A stretch of DNA of 64,000 nt from an uncultured bacterium. GTDB lineage: Bacteria; Verrucomicrobiota; Verrucomicrobiia; Verrucomicrobiales; DEV007. This document shows positions 26,401-41,400 of this stretch, in pieces. The stretch lies in the NCBI GenBank assembly GCA_963977015.1, contig CAXBMO010000003.1, positions 224,001 to 288,000 on the forward strand. Direction: 5' to 3'. The translations under genes were made by a program, and so were the position numbers. Numbering within the stretch: the stretch's first letter is position 1; every line of letters starts with the position of its first letter. The notes below the pieces were generated by a model. That model was not told the origin of the DNA and ran no database searches. It was given only the letters and a program-made list of their open reading frames with translations.

Positions 26401-29400
26401 CCGACCCGCTGTGGTGAAGACCAATCACCAACTCATCCAGAGTGGCGCTGAAGGTTCCGCCAGTAAGATCCATCGTGCTGAGGTTGGGACTGGTCCCGGT
26501 ACCGGCCCCGTCATTGTAGCCGATCCGCAAGTCTGTGCCGGAGTTGGCGTTGCCAGTCAGCGTGAAGGTGCCACCCCCAACGATGTCGATCAACCCGACA
26601 CTCTTGCGACCGCCCACGGTGAGCGTGTCCAGATTGAAGGTATTGGTATCCCCACCGAGGTGCAACTCACTGACCCGGGTGAGGTTGGATCCCGATTCGA
26701 CAAATCCCATCAGCAACGAGGTGGCCGTGATCGTATTGCTTCCCAACGTTGACAGGGTCAGATCACCTTCGGCAGAGCCTCCCTGACCAAAGACGTTGGA
26801 TGCATCCGTTCCCAACCGGATGTCAGCCACATCGATGGTGACCGAGTCAGCCGCGCTGAGATTCACCGTGCCTTTTGCATTGCTCCCCACCGGGAAATTC
26901 CGCCGACCGATATCGAGGATTCCAGTGCCATCCCCAATCTGAACCGTGCCGCCGTTCACGGTGAGTGCTGCGTTCAAGGAATCTACCCCAACTCGCAGAT
27001 TGTCGACATCCAGCCCGTCACCAATCGTCATTGTGCCGGCATCAATTTGAAGGCTTCCGGTGCCTGCGGCATTGGTAACCCCGTTGGTTACCGCGACCGT
27101 TCCGCCGTTGAGCAACTGCAACGTTCCGTTGTCGATGGAAATCGAATCAGTTCCGCTGATCGCGGCGCTTCCGCCATCAACCACGAGTGAGCCATCGGTG
27201 ACGGTGGTCGTACCGCTATAGGTGTTGGCACCGCTCAACGTCTGGGTTCCGGTTCCAATTTTGGCGAGCGCTCCGGTTCCGGAAAGAACGCCGGAATACA
27301 CGGTATCCAAATCGTTATTGCCCACCTTTAAGGTGACCGCATCCGAAGTCGCGTTCTCAAGGAGAATTCCGTTCGACCCGGTCAGTCCACCAAACGTGGC
27401 CTCAGTCAGAACAGTGAAATCAAGACTACCGGTTCCCGTGGTGCCGGTATCCAATGTGGCGTTTTGCAAAGCCAATTCGTTTCCAAGCTGAAAAGTGCCC
27501 AGATCGATCATTTCCACCGTGCCGCTGAAGGTGTTGGCTGCGTTGAATGCAATGGCCCGCGCGGCGTGGTTCCCATCGAGGATGATGGTTCCTGAGCCCG
27601 AGATTACACTGTCGAAATTCACATCACTGGTGTTGGAGTTGAATCCCGCGTTGTTGAATGTTGCGGTCCCGCCGTTCACCAGAATGGTCCCCGCATAGGT
27701 GTTCGGCGAGGATGGAGTCCCGTTGGAACCGTGGCGAAGGAAAGCGTTGCCATTCAAGGTGATGTCGGCCGTTACCGTCCGTCCGGGACTATTGTTATAG
27801 GCGTAAACCCCGAAAGAACTTCCGTCGTTCACGACAATCGATCCCACCGTCATGTCATTTTGCTCAATGTAGGCGATTCCTTCGTTCACAATGAGGGAAC
27901 CGTCCGGGCTATTCACTGACGAACGGAAAGCGAGGCTGCCTCCCCCATTCTTGGTCAGGCTGAACGTGCTCAGATCGATCGTTCCTCCGACATCCAGTCT
28001 CGCCGGGGTATTGATTGTGGCGTCCCCGGTCAGGGTCAGACCTTTAACGGCAGCATTACTCCCTACCAGGCTACCCACAGAATTAATCAGCGCCCCCTGG
28101 CCCGCAGAGCCGGTGCCTTCGATGTGATAAACGCGACTGCTATTCGTATTGGTACTACCGCTGAGGAAGGAGAGATCCACCGTCGCTCCGCTTTCCACCG
28201 TAACGGTCCCACTCGGCAAGGCGTCAGTAGCGCCCCAGGCGAGAATGCCCGCCTTAACGGTTGTGGAACCGGTTGCGGAACTCCCCCCACCTGACAACGT
28301 CAGTTCACCGGTGCCCTGTTTCACGAGATTCCCCGACCCGGCAAAAGTTCCAGCGATGATTTGATCTCCGGCATTGCCGATCGTCAGCGTCGAAGATGCC
28401 TCGATGTCGATACTCGTGCCGGAAACTGCCGAAAGAGCATCAATGGTGACAGCCCCGGCGATGTCCGGCCCCGTGATTTCCAGGGTCCGGGTTCCTTCGA
28501 GCGCCACGGTTTCGGCATAGGTTCCCGTGTTGACGATGATCGTTGCGCTGGAACTGGATGCCGCCAATGCTTCGTTGATCGTCCGGAAGGCGTTGACACC
28601 ATACATAGCCCCCTGACTGCCACTGGTTCCCAGATCCGCGTCACCAATGAGCTGTCCCCCGCTTTGGGTGAAGCTGTCGTCTACGTAGAGGGTATCAAGC
28701 GGGGTCGCTTCAACCAGCATGACATCATTCCCGTCGTTCGCGGAATAGAAGACCCGGAACTTCGTCGTTCCATCGCTCGCGGTCACGATATCTCCATCAT
28801 TGGGGGCATTGGTGAACCGTCCTGTAACAGCGTCGCTGGCGGTATCGTTGAGAACGATCGTATAGACGGAATTCGTTGGTGGAATGAATGTTCCCAGAGA
28901 CACCGCCAAGGTGCTTCCGGATAGGTCACCATTCCCGGTTAGGACGATCTGATCGTAATCCGTTCCCGCGGTTGCTCCGCCAATATCAACGGTGAGTATC
29001 TGTCCCGCTCCAAGGGTGAGATCGCCGGATACCTCCAGGCTCCCCGCACCACCCAGCCCAGGCATCACATCACCGTTAAACGTTACGGTGTTTCCGGTAA
29101 TATCCGGAGTCGTCGAGCGGTCGCGAATCTCGCCGCTGTCTGAGGTGAGCACCACATCGCTAGTCGTAGTGATACTGTTCACCGTGATATTTCCGTCAGC
29201 CGAAAGACTCACATCACTGTCGCCACCATCAACCGCTGAATTGTCGGCCATCGTAAGGGCTCCGTTTCCTGCTGTCAGGGTAACCAATGGAGCCGCGGTG
29301 ATCGAAATATCATCCAGAGCAATATCACTTCGATAGCCGGGATCAATGCCCCCCCCAGCAGTGACCGTTCCCGCAATTCCATCAAACCGGAGAACAACTT

Positions 29401-32400
29401 GGGGACTCCCCAGAACTGCACTGAGATCAACCGTAGCCTGGTGCCACACATTTCCCTGATTCCCCGATTCGGAAAACAACTCGTCCGACCAATTGGTTCC
29501 GCCGTCAGTACTCCCGTAGACCTTCAATGAACCCATTTCCGGATCCACACCCGCCATGTGGTAGTAAAATTCCAGGCTGGCGCTTTCCATTGCGCTCAAA
29601 TCAAGGATCGGCGAAAGAAGTTCCGCGGTATCGCCAGTCTGCACATGATCCGAAGTCTCAATGTAGAGGTATTTCCCGGTAGAAGTGCCGGTGGTATGAT
29701 CGGTTCCATTGTTCTGTCCTCCGCCGGGCCCCGTGCCTCCGCTTCCGGTACCTCCGGCATCCGGTGTCCAGTCGATCTGATCGCTACCCTGAACATTGAT
29801 CCAACCGTTCCCCAGCGCGATATTGGTGGCACCGGCAGACTCGCTGCCCTCGGTGAAGGATTCGAAATCTTCCTGCAAAAGAACTCCAGAGTTCAATCCT
29901 GTGATCTGCGCTCCGTCCAGAACATTCAGATCATTGTCGGCATTCAACCTGATACCTTGGCCGGTCACGACGGTGCTTGCGGCAACGGTGAGATCGCTGG
30001 TGCTCGAAATGACAACCGAACCTGCAGCGGTCACTCCAAGATTTTCCCCAGTCTCCCCAATCGTAAGATTACCGGAGTTGGAGATGGCAACGCCACCGCT
30101 GCCTCCATTCGCTCCGACGTTGTTGACCGCCGTGTCCAACTGATTGCCCGCACCGATTCCGTTGCCGGCCGTTGCAATGAGAACGTCCGCGGTTAGATCG
30201 GTCCCGGAATCTCCACCATCCAGAATTGCGCCGTTCTTCGAGGCAACGGTAATCGTCGTTGTCGTCGCAACGCTCGATACCACGATATTGCCATCGGCAG
30301 AAAGCGTCACCTTTCCGTCTCCCGCATTTACGGAGGTGCCGTCTTCCATCGTGATCGCTCCGCCCGAGCCATTCTGATCGCCGTCTGCATCAGCCGTGAT
30401 CGAAATGTTCGTATTGACCAGTGGATCCCCATAGACCCGAAAATCGTCGATCGCGATGTCGCCCTGATAGCCGCCTCCCGCGATTCCCTCAATTCGGAAT
30501 ACCACGTTTGAGCTTCCGGCAAACGCACTGGCGTCGACATTCGTCACGGTATGCCACTGATCGTCTACCTCTCCTGTTTGGCGGAAAAGTTCGGTCCAGT
30601 TATTCCCATGGTCGGCACTTCCGTAAACCGCGAGCGTTCCAATATGGTCACCAAGCATGTGGTAGGCAAACTCCACGCTCGCCGTCGTCTGATTGCTCAG
30701 ATCAACCCTTGGTGAAACCATTTGTGCATCACTTCCTCCGGCGACACTTCCAGAGGTTTCAAGATGGACGTAGGTCCCTTGCGCTGTTCCAAGCGTGTTG
30801 TCGACAGCAGGGCCAGTCGACCCGGGATCGGCGACATGGGAATCCGTTGGTCCCTGATTGGGCACCCAGTCAATGATGTCTGTCGCAACGTCGCCTTGCA
30901 CATTCGCCCAATCTGACGTAAACGTCTGCTGCGGGCGGGTTCCCGAAGTCGGCCCCTGGCCAAATGCCGTATTATCTTCGAAATCCTCCACACCATTCGG
31001 TAAGTCACCGCTATCGGCGTAGAATCGGAAATCATCGAGCGCGATATCGCCCTGGTAGCCATCGCCGCGAACGCCCTTGAGGCGCAACTGAAACGCACTG
31101 GCACCATCAAACTGCGACAGATCCACGGTTGCCTTTTTCCAGGCATTCCCCTGCTCTCCTTCCACCGAAAGCAGTTCCGTCCAGGTCGTCCCACTATCTC
31201 CAGTGCCCTCCACGACCAACTCACCGATGTGTTCGCCATACATGTGGTAGTAGAACTCGACGGCGGTGTTCGCCTCACCCGTCAAATTGAACTCTGGCGA
31301 AAGCAGATAAGCAAATTCGCCTTCCCTCGGCGACGATGTCTCCATATAGAGATAGGTGCCGGAAGTTGTCCCTGTCGTGTGATCCGTGGACGGTCCAGTA
31401 TTTCCGCTGGGGGTCCCCCCTTTGTCCGATACGAAATCCAGCGTATCCGGATGCAGATTTATCCATCCATTATCCAGCGCGATATCATTCGCTCCCGGAG
31501 ACGTGCTCCCTAATGCGAATCCTTCGAAATTCTCCGCCAGTAAAACGACATTCCCCGTGGTGGATGCCGGACCGGAGATCGAGGTTCCCGAAGTCAGGTT
31601 CACATCATTGTCCGCTGACAAATCGATGTTCCCACCGGTGACCGTGGCATCATTCAGATTGAGATCCTTGCCACTCCCGATCGTCAGAAGATGCGCTCCA
31701 GAATCAATGGTCCCGCCAATGTTCGCATCGCCGGAAACGGCATTCAGAGTAATCGCTCCGTCTGCGGTAATGACCGAGGAACTCCCGTCAATGGCCAATT
31801 GGATATCTGCACTTCCCGATGATCTCCCGGTGATTCGGATATCCCCCGACCCCGTGGCGGAAATCGCGGTTCCCACCAGCGCCACCCCGACTCCCGTTGT
31901 CGATCTTCCAAGAATTTCGATATCCCCTGACTCAGTGGTGATATTGGCATCGAGTTCGATACCGGTGGTCGATCCATTTGCGATTCCACTCAATTTGATG
32001 GTTCCGCCCCCCGTTGTCGTCAACGCCCCACCGACATGAATTCCCGCTGAAGTGGCAGTCAGCAATATATTGCCGCCCCCTCCACCGACGCCTCCTTGGA
32101 TATCAATTGTCCCGGCGCTCACCGTGAGGTTATTCCCCCCGCTGGTGACCGCGCCTATCAAGTTAACACTGCCTCCTGACAACGTTCGATTTCCCGAAAG
32201 CGACACGGCGTCATTGTAAGTCTGGCTCCCACTGGTCGTCACGCTTCCTGCCAGCACGACGGAACCATCTGCGTTTGTCGTCAACGAGGCGAGATCGAAC
32301 ACCCCGCCAACCGTGCTTCCAAAGGTCGTCACACCATCGCCACTGGTATTGACAACGAGCGCACGCTTCGTGCCTTCGGAATCGGAATCCAATTTGCCTT

Positions 32401-35400
32401 CAAACGTGATATTGGTCCCTGCCAGGGTCACCGCCGAAGTAAGCGTTACCGCACCATCAAACGTTTGTTCGCCGGCCGATGTCACATCCGCTCCGATATT
32501 GATCGTCTCCGCCTGAATCGTCACGTCTCCCGCGAACGTAATCGGTGCCGGTCCACTGAACGTGAACGAGTCCGTTCCGTTGTCGCCAACATCCCCGGTG
32601 AAGTCGCTGTTCACGATCAAACCACCCGTGACGGGGCTCACCCTGACATGGATCTCGTTTTCGCTGACCCGGTTCACATCAGCAGCTGCGATGGAAGTGC
32701 TCATCGACAGCGATGGCGAGTTCGTATCTTTGATCACGTAGTAATCGACCGTGTCGATCGTCTGGACCGAAACATCGATTTGATCCGCTGATTCCTGGTT
32801 GATGTCAGTGATCACGAGATCCAGTGTGCTCCCGTTCGAAACCAATTCTACGCTCGTTTCTGCGATGCCGTGGCTGACGAGAACCACGTTATTGCCGTTC
32901 GTGTCGCTCTCCGCAGTTTCCTTGTCGTAATGGATTGTAAAGACGTAGTCGTTCGTTCCATCGTTCAGCGTTAAGGCGGCCCCATTGGGCAAGCCGGCGA
33001 ACGCCCCGCTCACGGTATCCCCGGGGGTCGTGCCATCACCATCGTTATCGATCAGGACAAAAATCGCTCCATCGCCCGGATTGACTCCGGGATTCAAGGT
33101 CAGGTTGAGGGTCGCGCCAGTGCCTGCATCCGAGTTCAAGTCCACCGTTCCGGTGACGTCAAGCTGGTCGTAGCCTGCGTTGACGCCCGGTGTCAGACCA
33201 TTGATTTGGAACGTCAGAGTCGAAGCGCTATCGAGCGTCAGCGATCCCGTTCCGAGATCCTCCGCCAGTCCCAATTCCGGACTCACGGTTCCGCCAACCG
33301 AAGTGACCGTTCCCGCGACCGCGCCATCTCCGCCGAGGGTCGTTCCGGCGTTTCTCACCGTGACGTTTCCACTTCCCGTGGCTGACCCTGCCGCGTTATC
33401 CGCGAGCAATATCCCCGCTTCAACATCAGTCGCGCTCACGTAAGTGCTGGCACCTTGAAGCGTCAGTGATCCGGCGCCATTTTTCACCAGCGTGCCGCCT
33501 GCGGTTCCGCCGATGATTTCAGCAGCGGTTTGGAATTCGCCGGATTGACCCGCGTCAATCAAGATGATCTGGGTTCCGGTCCCAACCAGGTTGATGTCCA
33601 CGTCAACATTGGTCAGGTCTTGACCGGTCAGGTTCTGAATCGTGCCCGCGCTCCAATTGAAGGCCGACGTTCCGCCTCCTTGACTCAGGGTGCCGAACTG
33701 GAGAACGCCGCCGTTCAAATTGATCGTTCCCTGGGTCGCGGCATCGTTCGATGACGTGCCCCCAATGTCGGTGTCTGCGAGGACGATGGCGTTGGCGGAG
33801 ACTGTGCCGGCTTCAAAGGTCAGTTCTCCTTTGCCGCTGCCGCTACCGTTATTGTGCAGTCCGATGGCGAGTTGGTCCAAAGTTGCGTTGAAGGTTCCAC
33901 CGGAAAGATCCAGGTGACTGGACTGCGGGTTGGTTCCCGTGCCAGGGGCATCGTTATTGTCCCCGATTCGCAAATCGGTTTCCGCATTGGAGTTTCCACG
34001 AAGGGTGAAGGTTCCTCCACTGACGATATCCACGGTGGCCGGGCTCTTCAGATCACCGACGACAAATGTGTCGACGTTAAAGGTGTTGTCGGCACCACCC
34101 AGATGAAGAGAAGTTCTCACTGCCTGATTGTTGGCGGAGGTGGTGTAGCCCAATCGGACATTGTCAGCCACCACCGTATTGTCCCCAACGGAGGACAACG
34201 TGAGCGTTCCCTTTGAACCTCCCACACTGGCCCGTGAGGGATCGGCGCTGTAGCCGGCCAACACATCGTCGACCAAGATGATGACGGAATCCGCACCTGA
34301 AAAATCGACCGTGCCAACCGTATCACCCGAAGGCGTTCCGTCGTCGCGATAGCCGATCAAAAACTGTCCATCTCCATCGCCGATGGCGACATCACCGTCG
34401 CTCACTGTGAGAGTCGCTGTTCCTGTTTCGTAGCCCACACGGAGGTCATCGACGTCGAAGCCATTGCCAACCGTCATCGTTCCATCGTCCACCAGCAGTT
34501 GCCCCTCGCCTACGCCGTTGGTGACGGCGTTATTCACCGTGACATTTCCGTCGTTAATGATTTGAAGGATACCCGCTTCCATCACGACGGAATCGGTCTG
34601 CGTGATCGAACCGCCATCCACTTGGAGCGTACCAACACTCACGGTCGTGGTGCCGGCATAGGTGTTCGTCCCGGTCAGAGTTAGAGTGCCAACCCCGTCT
34701 TTCGTGAGTGTGTTGTTGGGAGTAACCGGCGTAACGAGGCCTTGATTGTAGTGATTTTCGATGGTGGTGGCGTCGAGAGCCGCGCCGTAGATGGCAACCT
34801 CGGCCATGTCGCCAACGAAGCCCTGGAAAGTCTGGCCATTGTTGTTAAGAGCTCCGTCCTGTTCCCATCCAGCCACGAATTGCCCCGAGCTGCTTAAATC
34901 CGCGTCCCAACTGTTGTTGGTCACCGTTTCCTTAAACTGGCCATCGAGATATATACTGGCTGAGCCAGATCCTGTCCCGGAGGAATCAAACGTGATGGCG
35001 AGGTGGCGCCAGTTGCCATTGAAGAGTTCTCCCTTGGTGATTGAAGTGGAGGAAGTGGCTCCGTTCGCGACAATATCAAGATTGTTGCCCGAAATAATCG
35101 CGATGAACTCATTCCCGCTGCCTCCGGCACCGGATCCTTCATACGAAAACAACGCGGGATCGTATGAGCCTCCAGCATGCGGGTCCGCATCCCCGCGAAA
35201 CCATCCTTCAAAGGTCGCGGTCGTGCCCGGGAAATTTGCTGTGAAGGATCTGCCGACCCCCTCTTTGAGATCTCCCCGGATGGCAATGGCGTCACCACCA
35301 GCAATCGGCGAATCCGCAGCGGGATCGATCGTTCCGCTCGTATCCAGATAGGTTCCGTTGCCAGCCGTCCCAAGGGTGCTAGCTTGCGTGGCTGCGTTGA

Positions 35401-38400
35401 CCGCGGTAGCACCGTTTGACTGATCGGCATCGCCAAACCGCCAGTAGATCAGCGGATCGTCGGCGATGACCGTAGCGTCGTAAACGTTGACCACCTCGGT
35501 TCCAGCCAGAATATCGCCACTGACCACGGTGTCACCGTCGCCATCGATTGTAATCCCGGCAACCTCAAGAGATACGTCTCCACTGATGGTAAGTGTATCC
35601 GCGAGCGACTCGATTCGGATTTCGCCCGTCGCCGAGGCTTCCGCAAAGAGATTCCCGCTAACGGTATTGTCGCCCACCACGTTTCTGAGCACGCCGGGAT
35701 TGGTGGCATCCGCCCCCAGGGTGATGTTTTCGGCGATGGTGAGATTCGTGGCCGGAATCGTGTTATCCAGCGCCAACACCGCGCCGTCCGCCACGATGGT
35801 GCCGGCGTCCAGAGTTCCCAGTGCATTGTCGTTGGCCACCGCCAGTGTTCCTTCGGCCACCGTGGTGACGCCGCTATAGGTGTTGGCATTCGTGAGCGTT
35901 AACGTGCCCGTGCCGCTTTTCACGACCTCGCCGGGGTGCTGGATTGCCGACAAGGCGGTCACCCGGAAATCATCGACCGCAACGTCGCTGGAATAGGTCG
36001 AACCCGTGACATTGGTCACCTGCAGCCGGACGTTACTGGAGCCAACGAACGGCGTCAGATCGACGATGGCCTGGAGATAGGACTCAGCCTGGTTCTCTTG
36101 TTGTTCTCCCGTCAGGCTGAACAGATCGCCCGACCAAGTCGCTCCATCGTCGGTGCTGGCCTGCACGGAGAGCGTCCCGATCGTGTTCCCCCACATGTGA
36201 TAGAAAAAATCGAGCTGGGCAGCAGTGAAACCCGTCAGATCGATCTGCGGAGAGATCATTCGCGCGGTCTTCCCGCCCGCTGAAGCACCGGAGGCTTCGA
36301 CGTACATGTAGGTTCCGGATGTCGTCCCCAGCGTGTGATCCACACTCGGGCCCGTATCGCCCGAGCCGGTTCCGCCCTTGTCGGAAACCCAGTCCACGTC
36401 ATCCGTGGTGTCGTTAACCCAGCCTTCGATGAGCGTCTGGGAAGCGCCGATGCCATCCGGTCCATCCCCAAAATTCTCGAAGTTCTGCGAGAGCAAAACC
36501 TCGGCGGAAAAGCCATTCATCAGCTGGCCATTTACCACGCTATCGCCGTCTCCGTCGAAGGTCAGTTGGGCGAAGGTCGCATCGCCCGCAATCGTGAGCG
36601 TATCGGCGTCCGAGGCAATGGTCGCGTGCCCCGCCCCCAACGAGCCGACGCCCATCACATCGATCGTGCCGGTCAGGGTGTTGCTGCCAACGTCGTTGCG
36701 AATCACTCCGGTTCCTCCCACGCCATTGCCGATGATCGTGAGGTCTTCAGCGATCGTCAGGCCCGCTCCGCCCTGATTGTCCAGGGCGAGGGTAGCACCG
36801 GAGGCCACCGTCGTGCCTCCAGCCAGTGATCCAAGCGCATTGTCGTGCGAGGCAACCAGAGTCCCGGCCGAAACGGTCGTTTCCCCTTCGTAACTGTTGT
36901 TCCCGGCGAGTGTGAGTTCTCCCGCACCCAGTTTGGTGATGGTTGATCCCGGGCCGGTTCCCGACACATCACCGTGAATCGAGACATTCCCGGCTCCGGT
37001 CACGTCGATTCCGGAAATATCCAGATTCACCGCGCCATTGAGTGTCAATTCCCCTGCAACCGCAGTCAGGTGAGCCGTGCCGATGGCTCCAGCATAGCCG
37101 GTATTCTGTTCCAACGTGACGGCTTGCAGCACAGGATTATCGTCTCCTGCGCCCCCCAATTGAAAGGTGTGCGACGTGGCTGTGGCGATGAATTCGTAGC
37201 TAAATACACTGCCTACATTCGTGGACACGCCAGCGGCGTATTCTTCGATCAACAGTTTCCCATCGAGGTAGATATCAAAGGTACGATTGGCGTTCTCCTC
37301 GTAGAACATCAACTGGGCCTTATAGGGTTCTCCCACGGTCAGTCCATTGAATTCCACGTCCATCGTTGCGCCGCCGCTTCCCCCGTGGCGGATCGATTGC
37401 ATGATCACATCCAAGTTGTCATCATTCGCGCTCGCACCAAAATTCGGAGTCTTCCACGCAAGAACGTCGGAGTTGGCGATGATGGTTACATTTGGCTCAT
37501 TTCCCTCCGTGGTAAAATTTGCGTCCCCGACCGGCAGTTCTGCCGTTCCACGAACATTGACGGCATAGAGGAAGTCCCCTAAAAGATCGAGACCTTCCCC
37601 GTTATCGCCTCCTGTGAAGGTGCCTACTACAGGATCGGAATCGCTCATAACTTGGATCGATCCATCGAACGAATTGTTTCCGCTCAGATTCCCAACCGTT
37701 CCTCCTTCCGCCGTCCCCGAAACCGTGATCGCCTCAAGGGTGGTGTAATCGAACCCGCCATCGAAGTACAATGCACTTCCGGTTTCGACCGTGGTTCCCG
37801 CACCGCCGCTCGCCCCCAACCCGCCGTCACGGGTAACAATCAGGGTGCCACTGTCGATCGAGGTCTGGCCCAAATAGGTATTTTGCGAGGTCAGCGTCGC
37901 CGTTCCAGTCCCTCCTTTCTCCAACCCACCGGCCGCGAGACCGCTAATGATCCCATTGACTACGAAGTCACCGGTTCCGTCCAGTTCCAAAACATGGTCC
38001 AACGTATCGAGCCCAGTATCGAGGGTAAGCGTGCCACCAACCGATCGAATCGTGGCGTCATCGGTCAAATTCACGGTGACGGCTGCACCGATCGTGGTAT
38101 CGCCACCCGAACTGCGTAGAGCACCTGACCCACTTTCTCCAAGTCCGGCGATATTGATGGTTTCCGCGATGGTAAGGTCCACCGCGCCGGAAATTTCCAG
38201 GGTGCCTCCCGAGGAGACATTGGTTGCTCCGCTGGTGTTACCGAGCGCTCCATCTACGGTGACCAGCAAGGTCCCGTTGGTGACATCCGCATCACCACTG
38301 AAATCATTGAGACTGTTAGTTAGAGTGAGCGTGTTGTTGCCAGTCTTCCGAAGGGTTCCGGCTCCCGTGACGATTCCATCGATGATCAATCCGCGTTCGT

Positions 38401-41400
38401 CGGTGAGAATCGTCCCGGTTCCTCCAACCAGAGTCACGCTGCCGTTGAGCGTGGGGCCAACGCCGCTACTGGAGCCATTGACCGTAATGTCACCTCCGTC
38501 CTGAAGGAGAATGTTGACTGCCTGGGCTTCGTTGTTATCCCAGAAATCGAGATCCGCACCTCCGGCAACCGTGATGGTTCCCGTGCCATTGAAGGAAACG
38601 GCCCCCTCAATGCGGAAGATACCCTCGGTGATCTCGACATCGCCCGGATTTTGGATGTCGGTCGATGCAATGACAAGCTCACTTGCCCCGATCTTGGTCA
38701 GGTTAAACCCTGCCATATCGAAAACAGAGGCTCCCCCACTGGCCCGCATATCCCAGCGATTCTCGGCACCGAAGGTCGCGTCATTGGTCAGCGTAATGTT
38801 TCGAAACGCGGAAATTTGGCCCGCTCCCGTGTTAACGATGGCGCCTTGTCCGCCAACGCCAGCCCCTTCCACTTGAACGAACTCATTCCCGGTTGCACCG
38901 GCGCGCTGACCGTTGATGTCGAGGGTTCCCCCACTTTCGATGACCGTCCCCGAATCGATGGTCCCCTCAACGCCGAGCCCCGCATCGTTCCCCAATTGGA
39001 TCGTTGCTCCGGCTTTGATCGTGGTGATTCCGGTATACGTATTCGCGGTGGGGAGAAACACGGTGCCGCTTCCCGAGGCGGTAAAGCCAGGATCACCTGA
39101 CACATTGTTCAGGGTGACCTGCGGATTGCCCGTCATGCTAATGGTAACCTCTTCCGTGGCAGCGCCGCTCATGAGCGTGTTGGTGAATTCCAGGTTCTGA
39201 CCTGCGTCAGCCGCTTCCACGGACAACGTTCTGTCGGCTCCACCCGTGACCACCAGATCGCCCAGTACAGCCCCCGGAAGTCCGCTCAACATCGAAATCG
39301 TTGAATCGCTCGTCATGGTGACGTCGTGAGCCACCGTTCCAACTTGGGGAGCCACGGGAGCAATGAACCCAAACAGTTCACCTTGGCTGCCAGCGAAACG
39401 GATATCATCGAAGAGAATCCCGGCGTTTTGATCGCCATTGTCCGATCCTCCCTTATGCCCCTGGAAGCGGAACTGGTTCAGAGTGTCTCCCGAGCGGACC
39501 ACATCATGCGTAACGTTCAGAGTCTGCGCCGCAGTGGCGGCGATCTGCGCCCGAGTCGTGACGTCGGTCGGATCGAGGAAATAGGTGATGGTGTCATCCC
39601 CGGTCCTGTTGACATCGATCACTCCGACGATGAGGTGGGTGGTAGCCGCAGAAAATGCGGTGCCGGTGACTGTCTGGGTGGAACTCCCATCCGCAGCTTC
39701 CAGGATGGCGTTCCCTGCCGTATCGAAACCGAGTCGGACGCTCCGGTCCAGATTCGCCTCCGAACCGAAATTGAGGACAAACTCGCCAAAGATGGTTCCT
39801 CCTCCCACCGTAGGAGCCTCCAGCAGGCCGCTGAACCAATACTCGTCCGTAGCGTCGGAATCTCCGAGATCCATCAATCTGGCGAGGTTGCTGTTGTCGT
39901 TGGCCTTGTGGTAGTTGACGAGGCTGTTTCCAGTGCCGGGTGTGTAATCGGGTGCTGCCGTGAAAGTCAAACTGCCGCTGTTAATCCTCACGTACGAAGT
40001 TCGGCCGCCGGTTCCGCCGTCCAGATTCCAGTCGGTGTCCCAACGACCCGTAAATCCATCGATCGGAACATCGCCGGTATCGTTGCCTCCTCCGCCAAAG
40101 TCACCAAGCCTACTGTCATTGCTGCCGGAATTGTCATAGACACCGTTGGCATTGTCTTGCGTGGCCGCACCGGCAAAACTGTCAGTCGTCAAGATCCCTG
40201 ACGCCTGGTTCAGGTCATCCAATTCCAGGATTCCCCCATTGAGGTTGATGGCGACATTCTCATGGCCCAATGAACTGTCATTCCCATCAATGTGAGCCGT
40301 CAGGGTAGCTCCGGCTTCCACGGTCCAGGAACTCCCACCTAAATCCCCGAGATCATTGGTGTGATCCACCAACTCGACTGAGCCGGCATTGATCAGTCCA
40401 GTGAACGTGTTCCCGGTCATCGTTCCTGAGATGGTTAGATCCCCAGTCCCATTCATCACCAGCGAGCCTCCCGCATTCACCGTTCCATTCATGGAACTCG
40501 CCATGACTCCAGTTCCGCTGACATCCAGTGTCAGGATCTGCGAATTCAAGTTCACCGTATCACTAAACGTCACGGTGACCGCCGTTAAACCAGTGGCCGA
40601 ATCGACGATGACGGCTCCGTTGTAGGTCTGATTGCCGGTCGTCACTACATCGGCATCCAGATTGATCGATGGAAGATTGACGGTGAACGTAGCCGCACCA
40701 AGGTCCAGGTCATTGGCGATCGTGAGGGTATCGCCGACGCCGCCGTTGATGGTGACCGAACCACTCGGAGCCGTGAATGTGGTTAGTTCAAAATGGACCG
40801 GTGAATCGGTGCTCTCCAGGGTCAATTCGCCGGTTCCTGAATTTTGGGTCAACCGTGCGTTGTCCGTCCCGGCCGGCAGGTTGAAAATCAGGTCGTCCAC
40901 CGTGCTACCAGTCATGTCGACCGGTTCCAGACCGGTGTAGGTCAAATCGGTGATTCCATCTCCGTCCAGATCCAGGTTTCCGGAATCCCCGGCGATGAGG
41001 TTATGGGTTACGGCTCCAAAAGTGCCGTTGGTGATGACGAGCTGATCCCCCTGGCCTGCGACCGGGTCCATCCCGTTCACCGTGATCCTTGCCTGAAGCA
41101 ATTTCGGGTCGGAGTAATCGAGGATAAAGGTGTCGTTGCCTTCGCCGCCTGCGGCTCCGTCGTCACCGTTGATTTCGATGTGGGCCGCGGCGAGTGGCCG
41201 GGTCGCAATCACCTCGGGCGTGCCATTGGGATCCTTGACGACTTGCACCGTGTTACCCACGACTTGCACGGCGAACTCGGTGGGTCCATCCAGACCATCC
41301 ACGACTACCGGAGCCGGATTCGCGGTATCGAAGAACGAAAGGGTGACATCGTTGCCGTCGCCACCGTTGTAGGAAATGTAGGCTTTGATGTCGCCACTCG

